Below are positions 1-8,194 of a stretch of 64,000 nt of DNA, piece after piece. Both the position numbers and the translations under genes were made by a program. Source of the stretch: Promethearchaeota archaeon (GTDB lineage: Archaea; Asgardarchaeota; Lokiarchaeia; Sigyniarchaeales; SOKP01); contig JBHLNF010000006.1 in assembly GCA_048937405.1 (NCBI GenBank), positions 199,819-263,818 of the forward strand. Reading direction: 5' to 3'. Under the pieces are notes generated by a model. That model worked only from the letters and a program-made list of their open reading frames with translations. It was not told the origin of the DNA and did not search any database. The first letter of the stretch is position 1, and each line of letters starts with the position of its first letter.

Positions 1-1202
1 GTTGCGAAAGATCCACACACATAAATTCCCGGTCTTGAAGTTTCTACTGGGCTAAAAGTACCCGTTTTACAAAATCCATATTCATTTAACTGAATATCTA
101 ATTTTTGTGCTAATTCGTTTGCTTTCTGTTTAGGTTGCATCCCTACAGAGAGAACGACTAGATTAAAAATTTCTTCAATTACTTTACCATTTTCTGTTTC
201 ATAATAAACCTTTAAATCTTTAGAGTCGGGAATCTCTTTAATGGAAGAAATTCTACGCCTGATATATCTTACACCATATTCATCTTTTGCTCGTTCAATA
301 TATTTGTCAAAGTCCTTTCCGTATGCTCTGATATCCATCGTAAAAATTGTTGGTTTAATAATATTCATATGTTCTTTTGCTATTACTGCTTCTTTGGTAG
401 TATACATACAACACACAGAAGAACAGTAATCAATTCTATGTTTTCTATCTCTTGAACCTATACAATGTAGAAAAGCAATTTTTTTAGGGATAATTCCATC
501 GGAAGGGCGAAGTATTAAACCTGAATGTGGACCACTAGCACTTAATATACGTTCAAACTCAATACTGGTAATCACATTTAAATGCTTACCGTAACCTAAT
601 TCAGTCAAAGGAGTAGGATTATATTCATCAAATCCAATTGCGAGTACTACAGCTCCCACATCTAAAGTTATTAATTTATCTTGAAGTTCATATTCTATTG
701 CTTTTGCTTTACATATACCTTTGCAAATACCACATCCTATACATTTATCTTTATTAATTGAGAACACTAGCGGAACTGCTTGAGGAAATTTTACAGAAAT
801 TGCTGCAATATTAGAAAGTTTCTCATTAAAGAAATCAATAGCTTCTATAGGACATTGTCGAGCACATAAACCGCACCCTGTACATTTATTTTGGTCCAAA
901 CGAAGGGTTCTTTGAGTTAAATCCACTTTAAAATTACCTGGAACACCTTCGATTTTTTCGAGTGATGAATTGATTAGAATTTCGATATTTTCATGTCGAC
1001 CAGTTTGTACTAATTTAGGGGCAAGAATACAAATAGCACAATCATTAGTTGGAAAAGTTTTATCTAATTGAGACATAACTCCCCCAATACTAGTTGTAGA
1101 TTCAGCAAGGTATACTTTATAGCCAGAATCAGCCAAATCTATTGAAGCTTGAATACCAGCAATTCCACCACCAATAACAAGGACAGCTCCCACTTTCTCC
1201 AT
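1..1202 (-). CDS. hdrA: HdrA-like FAD/[4Fe-4S] protein, Cys-type paralog; 3' part runs off the window
   Basis: Hand translation from ATG 1202, which overlaps the upstream stop (TAATG): MEKVGAVLVIGGGIAGIQASIDLADSGYKVYL...MSQLDKTFPTNDCAICILAPKLV. The same frame at the window edge reads PVETSRPGIYVCGSFA. Absent from the ORF track because it has no stop in the window. Confidence 0.9.
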   Translation of the reverse strand, partial: MEKVGAVLVIGGGIAGIQASIDLADSGYKVYLAESTTSIGGVMSQLDKTFPTNDCAICILAPKLVQTGRHENIEILINSSLEKIEGVPGNFKVDLTQRTLRLDQNKCTGCGLCARQCPIEAIDFFNEKLSNIAAISVKFPQAVPLVFSINKDKCIGCGICKGICKAKAIEYELQDKLITLDVGAVVLAIGFDEYNPTPLTELGYGKHLNVITSIEFERILSASGPHSGLILRPSDGIIPKKIAFLHCIGSRDRKHRIDYCSSVCCMYTTKEAVIAKEHMNIIKPTIFTMDIRAYGKDFDKYIERAKDEYGVRYIRRRISSIKEIPDSKDLKVYYETENGKVIEEIFNLVVLSVGMQPKQKANELAQKLDIQLNEYGFCKTGTFSPVETSRPGIYVCGSFA

Positions 1203-2479
1203 TATTTCTCCTCAACGATTTGATTAGGTTCTATTACCTTTATAATATCAACTAAAAACTCGGAAAAATCTAAAATATCAATAGATGAAAAATCATCATA
1301 ATCTTTTTTTAGACAAGTCAAATGCATTCGACATTTTGGACAAGATGTAATCATTTTTGTTCCAACAGCTTTAGCTTCTAAAAGGCGTTTATATCGTAAA
1401 GCTTTAGATTTTTCATTACAATTCATCCAAGAATTCACACCACAACAATAAGAATTTTCTTTATTATGCTCCATTTCTTTAAAGTTAAATCCTATTTTCT
1501 TTAAATATCTAAAAATTTCTCGGACTTTCTCAGTTATGTTATTATGTTTAGGTAAAAATCTACTTAACCTACAAGGATCATGATAAGTAAAAGGAATGAT
1601 ATTATTAGATTCATTAGGATTTTCAAATTGAACTTTACCTTGTTTCCATTTATCATAGATATATTCAATAATATGACTGACTTCAAATTTCACATCAAAA
1701 TCCTCAAATAATTTTGGATAATCAATTTTAAAGGTTCTATAACATTCAGCACATGCGGTAATAATTTTTGTGATCCCAGCATTTTCAAATCGATTTACAT
1801 TTTTCTTAGCTAATTCAATAAAACTTTCGAATTTTGCTTGACCCCAATATAAATCATGTCCACAACATATCTCATCTTTAAGAACTACTATAGGTTCTTT
1901 TTCCAATTTACAGATAATCTTTAGAGTGCTTTCTGCTATAGATAGTGAATCTTGAAATTCATAATTAAAAAAGGGTAAGCATCCTACGTAATATAATACA
2001 TTTCCCCTATCTGAAATATTACATCCATTTGGAATCCAATCTAGAGGTCTATTAACTGCAAAATTATCTTGACCCATCATTTCAGACATTAAAGGATAAA
2101 TACCTTTATGAGCAATAGAGCGATCAGGATTTTGAATATCTTTTATTCGCATTTTATATCTTGCAATTCTGACAATATCAGCAAAATTAATGTCTTTAGG
2201 GCAGTTTTGCAGACAACTATTGCACATTAAACAATCCCATAAGACTCGGCTATTAATTATCTCATCTTCAAAGCCTTCTAATATCATTTGAATAATTCTA
2301 CTGGGCGTAAATTTTTGCACTTTACTAACTTGGCATACTCCTGAACAACGGGCGCATTGATAACATTTTTTTAATAAATTAGTTAAGTCTGGTTCAAATA
2401 TTTTTCTTAAATATAAATCAAATTCATTTTCTTTTTGTTTTATCTTTTTAGATTCTTCTATCTCTATTATAGGATTCAC
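1202..2479 (-). CDS. HdrD-like (HdrC-HdrB fusion) Fe-S oxidoreductase with CCG domains
   Basis: N-terminal CYQCARCSGVC and CLMCNSCLQNCP clusters, then YYVGC, CCG, TACAEC, YHDPC, CCG and TSCPKC motifs. Confidence 0.88.
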   Translation of the reverse strand: MNPIIEIEESKKIKQKENEFDLYLRKIFEPDLTNLLKKCYQCARCSGVCQVSKVQKFTPSRIIQMILEGFEDEIINSRVLWDCLMCNSCLQNCPKDINFADIVRIARYKMRIKDIQNPDRSIAHKGIYPLMSEMMGQDNFAVNRPLDWIPNGCNISDRGNVLYYVGCLPFFNYEFQDSLSIAESTLKIICKLEKEPIVVLKDEICCGHDLYWGQAKFESFIELAKKNVNRFENAGITKIITACAECYRTFKIDYPKLFEDFDVKFEVSHIIEYIYDKWKQGKVQFENPNESNNIIPFTYHDPCRLSRFLPKHNNITEKVREIFRYLKKIGFNFKEMEHNKENSYCCGVNSWMNCNEKSKALRYKRLLEAKAVGTKMITSCPKCRMHLTCLKKDYDDFSSIDILDFSEFLVDIIKVIEPNQIVEEK

Positions 2480-2483
2480 TTCC

Positions 2484-3596
2484 TTATCTTAGATCCTTCA
2501 TAAATTCTTTTCTACGTTCTATTTTTAATTCTGAAAACTTGGAGATTAAATTTTTCATAGTTTGTTTTGTATTTTTATCAAGTTTTAAATTCATAATAAT
2601 ATTTTTATCTAATGCATTTTGGAATAACTCAATACCTTTTTCGGTTCGAGGAATTACAGTAGTATATTTATCTGGCGATCCAAGTCCTCCAAAGGAAATA
2701 TCCGAATAAATATTAGTAAAATCAATACAAGATTTACATGCGGGACGGATATAATTAATTAATTTATTAAAAGGAATATGGATAATATTTTCTTTTGAGT
2801 TCCTACCTTCAATCTTTAGAATTAAATCTTCTTTAATATTAATTTTTTTTATATCTTCAAATTTTATTTTAAACTCTTTTTCAAATTTCTCAATTTGAGA
2901 TTTTTCAAACAAAAAATTATGATAACAGAATAAACCTAAACAAATTTCAATATGTTCTGAAGGGGTAACACCCAAATTTTCCATACATCTAATAGTATAA
3001 ATTTGGCAAGGTGTCCCCACAATTGCTAGCTTTTTAAATTTATAATGACTTAATTGAGGAATTGAACGTGTATATGTACTAAATCTTTGTACTTCATCAA
3101 CTTGTGGAGATATATTTAATATAATTCCTGATGATTTAATTAGATCTTCTTTAGTCTCAGCAAACATTGCTTTTCGTGAAAATGGGCCCTCTGCTTTAGA
3201 CACAATTGCCCCATCAATTATTCTTTTTTCTAATAAGTAATTTAAAAGGGTATTAACTACTCCTCCATCTGTCCCATACTTTAGAAACTCCTCATCTTTA
3301 GTTTGACAAGAATAGATATCTTCAGCAAATCCATATGGCATTGATGAAAAATCAGTGAAATGGTAAGTCTTATTGAGTTCATCATCTAAAATATGTGTTT
3401 GAGGGCATAAATAATAGCATATACCACACTCGAGGCATGCATCCTTATTTATATACTCTGGAGGAGAATTAGGGTTTTTAAAACCTATTACATTTTCAAA
3501 TGCAGCTGAACAGAAAGAAGTGCATCCTCCACATTCTTGACAGATTCCTTTTTCATGAACTTCTTTAATTAAATCTTGAAAGGTTTTTATGCTCAT
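2484..3596 (-). CDS. FrhB/FdhB-family F420-binding subunit with N-terminal 2x[4Fe-4S] ferredoxin domain
   Basis: CQECGGCTSFC, CLECGICYYLCP, DGGVV, IVGTPCQI, GLFC and CKSCIDFTNIYSDISFGGLGS motifs. Confidence 0.88.
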   Translation of the reverse strand: MSIKTFQDLIKEVHEKGICQECGGCTSFCSAAFENVIGFKNPNSPPEYINKDACLECGICYYLCPQTHILDDELNKTYHFTDFSSMPYGFAEDIYSCQTKDEEFLKYGTDGGVVNTLLNYLLEKRIIDGAIVSKAEGPFSRKAMFAETKEDLIKSSGIILNISPQVDEVQRFSTYTRSIPQLSHYKFKKLAIVGTPCQIYTIRCMENLGVTPSEHIEICLGLFCYHNFLFEKSQIEKFEKEFKIKFEDIKKINIKEDLILKIEGRNSKENIIHIPFNKLINYIRPACKSCIDFTNIYSDISFGGLGSPDKYTTVIPRTEKGIELFQNALDKNIIMNLKLDKNTKQTMKNLISKFSELKIERRKEFMKDLR

Positions 3597-3611
3597 ATTA
3601 ATAATTTTTTA

Positions 3612-5108
3612 TTACTTCTTTTCCAATTTGATGGATTTACAATTTTTTCTCTTGATACCAGCAATCCTTTCTAATAAGGGTTGTCCTGGTTTAACATCCT
3701 TTAAACTTTTGGATTCTATTAATCCTGCTTTTATTGCTTCTTTATAGATTTTCTCACCTTTTTTATTTCTTGTAATCACTGTAGACCAGCCACTGGGGGA
3801 CCCAATTGATCCTACAGAGATATCGGCATAATCAGCAGTCAAATCTTCGCAATAATGACAGTTGTGGCGTGTATAAGATTTAACATCATTCAAGGGTACC
3901 TTTAAATCTTCACCTGAATCTAAGTAAATAATGAATTTACCACCACTTATGTCCATTTTTGTAACTTTTTTAAAATCTGTTTTAAATTGTTCGCTAATTA
4001 AGGTAAGGACACCTTCATAAGGAAAGGACTCCATACAAAAAAGCCCTATTCTATATTTTATATTTTTGAAAAAACTCTGTCCACCTGGAAACCAAGTACC
4101 TTTTTCTAAGGCATTCATCATACATGGAACACCAACAACAGCAATATTTTCATAATTTTTTGTTTTATCTATGATTCTTAATGTTGAGGCATTAGCATAT
4201 TTAGTTCCACTTGTCTTATAGAGATCTTTAATATCATCTATAATTACTGGTTCTGGTTTCCATAAATCCTCTGAATGTTTTACAGCTACAACCGCATCAA
4301 CTAGTTTTTTTGTGAGTAGATATTCTGATAAAGAAGTTACTATCCCTCCATCTTGTCGTACACTTTTAATTTCATCTTTAGTGGTCGAAGCAGAATATGT
4401 ATTGATATAACCATTTATTTTTTCTGAAAATTTTAAAGATTTATTAAGTTTATTTATAGTCTTGCCTGCTTGCTCAATTGAAAATGATCTTGGACAAACA
4501 GAATAACATAAACCGCATTTCATACAAGTTTCATCATCAATCTCTAAAATATCTGCTGTTACAGTAATTGCATTAACTGGACAAATTGAGGAACACCAAC
4601 CACATTGACAGCACACTTTAGAATCAAACACTATAGATACGGGCTCAAAAAAATGCTCAATGAAATCATTAGGTAAATCTTTAACTTGATATCTATAGAA
4701 ATATTCTTTTTCCTCAACTTCTTTCTCTTCTCCCTTAACTTTTTTAATTATTGTTTTAGTTTGGATCTCAACAATTTCTTCAATATAGCCTTGTTCTTTA
4801 AGGTAAAAAATATCGCGAATTATATTTTCAGGTGGAAAATCTTTTACTCTTTTAACAATTTCTTCTAAAAATAACGGTTCCTCACCTTTTAGTCTTTCAT
4901 ATAATAATTTGCGCTCTGTTTCAGCATCAATCATAGAATCTAATGTTTCATAAAATTGCTCTTCGGAATATTTTCCAGCTTTTAGAATTTCATCTTTTGC
5001 TTCAAAAAATGCTCTAATTTGAAAGTTCTCAACTGCTTTATAGGTAGCATCCATTAGATTTCTTGGTGATATTCCATTAAAATTGTTGCTTTTTGAAATT
5101 TGAACCAT
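3612..5108 (-). CDS. FrhB/FdhB-family F420-binding subunit with N-terminal helical/winged-helix extension
   Basis: CCQCGWCSSICP, CMKCGLCYSVCP, QDGGIVT, SGTKY, VGVPC, GLFCME and CHYCEDLTADYADISVGSIGS motifs. Start moved to ATG 5108 (MVQISK) because the track's TTG at 5192 lies inside the SECIS. Confidence 0.88.
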   Translation of the reverse strand: MVQISKSNNFNGISPRNLMDATYKAVENFQIRAFFEAKDEILKAGKYSEEQFYETLDSMIDAETERKLLYERLKGEEPLFLEEIVKRVKDFPPENIIRDIFYLKEQGYIEEIVEIQTKTIIKKVKGEEKEVEEKEYFYRYQVKDLPNDFIEHFFEPVSIVFDSKVCCQCGWCSSICPVNAITVTADILEIDDETCMKCGLCYSVCPRSFSIEQAGKTINKLNKSLKFSEKINGYINTYSASTTKDEIKSVRQDGGIVTSLSEYLLTKKLVDAVVAVKHSEDLWKPEPVIIDDIKDLYKTSGTKYANASTLRIIDKTKNYENIAVVGVPCMMNALEKGTWFPGGQSFFKNIKYRIGLFCMESFPYEGVLTLISEQFKTDFKKVTKMDISGGKFIIYLDSGEDLKVPLNDVKSYTRHNCHYCEDLTADYADISVGSIGSPSGWSTVITRNKKGEKIYKEAIKAGLIESKSLKDVKPGQPLLERIAGIKRKNCKSIKLEKK

Positions 5109-5170
5109 TTTTCTATCCTTTTGGATTAGATTTTCTAAAAATTTTACTTTTTGATTAAATACTATTTTAA

Positions 5171-5240
5171 TACCCCTTCCCTTGCAAGGCAAGTCCTCTT
5201 ATAACTACAATTTTTTTATAAGAATCATTCTGCAGGGGTA
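5171..5240 (-). promoter_or_regulatory. Eukaryote-like SECIS element (K-turn, AUGA/GA core, A-rich apical loop) overlapping the mvhD stop codon
   Basis: RNA 5240->5171: UACCCC UGCAG A AUGAU UCUUAUAA AAAAAUUGUAG UUAUAAGA GGAC UUGCCUUGCAAGGGAA GGGGUA. It has an 8-bp perfect upper helix, a UGAU/GGAC quartet with tandem G.A pairs, and outer UACCCC/GGGGUA pairing. Confidence 0.75.
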
Positions 5241-5686
5241 GTTATAACTTGTTTTGTTTCAATTTCTGGTAATTGATCCTGCAAATTAAGTAGATTTGGT
5301 CCGGCTTTTTCAACCTTCCTCAAAGCATCTTCTACACTTTTTACAAATTTCTCCGATTCTGCTGCACTTAACCAATACATATTTATTCTTTGACTACCAA
5401 AACCTCTAGATTCTAAGATTCGGTTTGCTAAATCTACATGTTTTTGGGCTGTGAAATTTCCAATTTTGAACTGACACTCATTAGGACGTCATCCAACAAC
5501 CATGACACCATCAGCTCCAGCACGAATACTATAGAGAATATGCTTAACATCGACCCTGCCAGTACATCTTACTTTAATGATTTTTACAGCTGGTGTATAC
5601 TTCATTCGGGAGACGCCAGCTAAATCAGCTGCACTATAGCCTCACTTTAAACAAGCAAAAACAATTAAGTTATAATTATATACCAT
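5225..5686 (-). CDS. mvhD: MvhD/VhuD [2Fe-2S] hydrogenase iron-sulfur subunit, selenoprotein (U15, U66), 153 aa
   Basis: Hand translation: MVYNYNLIVFACLKUGYSAADLAGVSRMKYTPAVKIIKVRCTGRVDVKHILYSIRAGADGVMVVGURPNECQFKIGN...WLSAAESEKFV. TGA at 5644-5642 and 5491-5489 fall on the conserved Cys of CxxC and GC-x4-C. Missed by the ORF track. Confidence 0.92.
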
Positions 5687-5692
5687 ATTTGT

Positions 5693-7670
5693 TTAACCAC
5701 CTCCTAAGATCCCATCAATTTCAGCAAATAATTGATGATCTCGATAATATCTGATATCAATAGCCTGTGTAGGACAACATGTAGCACAAATACCACATCC
5801 ATCACAATTTATCTCATCAATAAAAGCACCAATATCCTTCTTGATTCTAATTGCACTTTTGGGACATTCTTTTTCACAACGTCGGCATGAAATACAAAAT
5901 TCACTATCCACCTCAGCAGTAATTAGTTCCATATCAATTTTTCCTGGTACTGTTAGCTCGGCTACCTTACTCGCTGCTGCTCTGGCTTGAGAAACTGAAT
6001 AAGCAATATTTTTAGGTCCTTGAGCAAAACCAGCTATAAAAATACCTTTTGATTTCGTTTCTTGGGGCATGAGTCCAAAATGTAATTCCGTAAGAAAACC
6101 ATACATATTAGTATCCAGATTTAAAACGTTTACAATCTGTTGAGTACCTTTTGATGGAAGTGCCGCTGTAGATAATACGACTAAATCCGCATCAATTTTA
6201 ACTATTTTATCTGTTAGAGTCGAGTATACACGAACATTCACGTTTTTTGTTTCAGGATCTTCAGAAATTTCACCTACTTTTCCCCGAATCATTCTAATAC
6301 CAGCATCCTTAGCTCTTTCATAATACTCTTCAAATCCTTTCTCAGGAGTTCTTATATCAATATAGCAAATCGTAATCTTCGCGTCGGGAAATTCTTCAAG
6401 GAGTAATCGCCCATTTTTTAGTGCAAGCATACAACAAACACCACTGCAATAAGTCCGTTCTGTTTCTCGACTACCTACGCATTGAATAAATACAATCTCT
6501 TTAGGTTTTTTATTATCAGAGATTCTGTGCACATGTCCTTCAAGTGGTCCATTTGGGGCTAATATACGTTCTAATTGGGCTTGCGTTATAACATTTTCAA
6601 TTTCCCCATATCCATATTCACCAAATGGTTCATGAATATCCCACCCCGTTGCAATTATAATTGTCCCAACTTCAATCTTAACTTCATTTGGTTCTTGGCT
6701 GAAATCAATAGCATCTAATTCACAGGCATCCACACATGAGAAACATTCTATGCAAGCATTTCTATCAATATCATACAAAAATGGCACCGCTTGACCAAAT
6801 GGTATATCAATTGCTTTTCGTGCGCCTAGATTTTCATCAAAATAATTTGTAGTATAAACAGGACATACTTCACTGCAGGCTCCACACCCATTACAATCTT
6901 CTGTTGTATAACGTGGTTTTTTCTCAACAATCACAGTATAATTACCTACGTAACCTTCAACTTTCTTTACTTCACTAAAACTTAATATTTCAATATTCTC
7001 ATTGCGGTTGACTTCTAACATTTTAGGACCACAAATTCATATAGCACAATCATCTGTAGGAAATGTTCTATCCAATTGAGCCATTCTTCCTCCAATCGTT
7101 GTTTTTTGTTCTACTAAATAAACTTTGATACCTTGATTTGCTAGATCAAGAGCTGCATTCATTCCACCAATCCCACCCCCTACTACTAATGTCGCTTTAG
7201 TTACTGGGACAGTTTTAATAGGAACTGGTTCTAATCGTTTTGCTCTTTCAATACCACTTTTTACTAAGATTTTTGCTTTTTCTGTAGCTTCTTCTTTAGT
7301 ATCCGTGCACCAATTTTGTGTCATTATGCTTTTGAGCATTAAAGACTCTACAATGTTCACGGACATTCACCATTTGAAAGTAATAAGGATTTAAATCAGT
7401 TTTAGCAATTGTCCCTCTATAAATCACTTCATGCGTTCGTGGAGTTCAAGCTGAAGCTACAATTCTATTCAAATTCTTTTCCTTGATATCTTCGATAATT
7501 TCATTTTGAGCATTATCAGTTCAAAGAAATGAGTTTTTCTTTGATAATATAATTTCCTCTCCAAGATTCTTCACATACTCGGTTAATTCATCACAATCTA
7601 CTTTTGTTCGAATATTTACACCTCATTGACAAGCATAGTATCCAATCCGATGATTTTCGTTATTACTCAT
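5693..7670 (-). CDS. hdrA: Heterodisulfide reductase subunit A, selenoprotein (U16, U50, U75, U200), spliced join(7670..7348, 7313..5693), 647 aa
   Basis: From ATG 7670: RIGYYACQUGVNI...SFLUTDNAQ...ASAUTPRTHE...LNPYYFQMVNVREHC-S-WCTDTKEEATEKAK...VVGGGIGG...TFPTDDCAIUICGPKMLEV. TGA codons at 7625-7623, 7523-7521, 7448-7446 and 7039-7037. Track ORFs 7037..7366 and 5693..7021 are fragments of this gene. Confidence 0.9.
7314..7347 (-). other. 34-nt bulge-helix-bulge (EndA-type) intron in the hdrA mRNA
   Basis: Minus strand: CA UUGU AG|A GUC...GAC ACAA AA|U UG. This gives a 4-bp central helix UUGU/ACAA, 3-nt bulges AGA and AAU, and flanking helices. Cutting after the 2nd nucleotide of each bulge joins CAU UGU AG + U UGG = H-C-S-W and restores the frame. 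Confidence 0.8.
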
Positions 7671-7834
7671 CTATTTTTACACATCCACCTCTAGCTTTTA
7701 CATAATTGTATAATTATTAATTTCTTAGATTTTTATTGAATGATTTTTATTGTCCAATATTGATCTTATTGTAACGATCGATATTAAATATTTTTTTTAA
7801 TAGTATTTACATTTTCAATACTTTTAATACTTAC

Positions 7835-7852
7835 TGTTTATCGATATAAACA
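7835..7852. promoter_or_regulatory. Inverted repeat TGTTTAT-N4-ATAAACA in the divergent hdrA/HEAT intergenic region; possible operator
   Basis: Perfect 7-bp arms about 165 nt upstream of the hdrA start. The AT-rich context lowers significance. Confidence 0.3.
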
Positions 7853-8194
7853 ATTATTTGTAAAGCAATCACAACATCACAACATTTTTGGCCAGATTGA
7901 AGATTTTTGACTAATTATTTTTGGAAACAGTCATATAAAGAGGAAATTATGATCGAAATAAATAATTTTATTATATAAATCTTTATATTGATAAAAAATT
8001 AGAAAAAAAGTATATCTCATCATAAAATATTTTTCAGTAATCTATCATAATCGGCTATTCTTATTAGTTTAATTAGGTTACTTCTAGCATTATGTTTAAT
8101 TTGGGAAATGTTTTTATAATTAGTGATCTATTTTGATAATTAATCATATTTTTTAATAACTTTTTAAATAAAACCTAATTCAAAGACACAGTAA

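Noticed and set aside
5109-5192. N-terminal 28 aa of track ORF 3612..5192
   Set aside because: The TTG start lies inside the SECIS. ATG 5108 is the plausible start.
7314-7347. hdrA frameshift as a sequencing error, pseudogene lesion, ribosomal frameshift or spliceosomal intron
   Set aside because: It is a 34-nt structured insertion rather than a 1-nt indel, and no 34-nt excision gives GT...AG ends. A ribosomal shift would leave ~11 extra residues inside REHCSW, whereas BHB cleavage restores the motif exactly. Not formally excluded without RNA data.
7037-7366. Track ORFs 7037..7366 and 5693..7021 as separate genes
   Set aside because: They are in the same frame, separated only by the Sec UGA and five codons, and are consecutive parts of HdrA.
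5225-7670. Genome-wide UGA reassignment (Trp/Gly) as the explanation for the in-frame TGAs
   Set aside because: The TGAs fall only on Cys columns of two known selenoprotein families. Trp is encoded by TGG, and other genes (e.g. tag, rpl10e) end normally in TGA.
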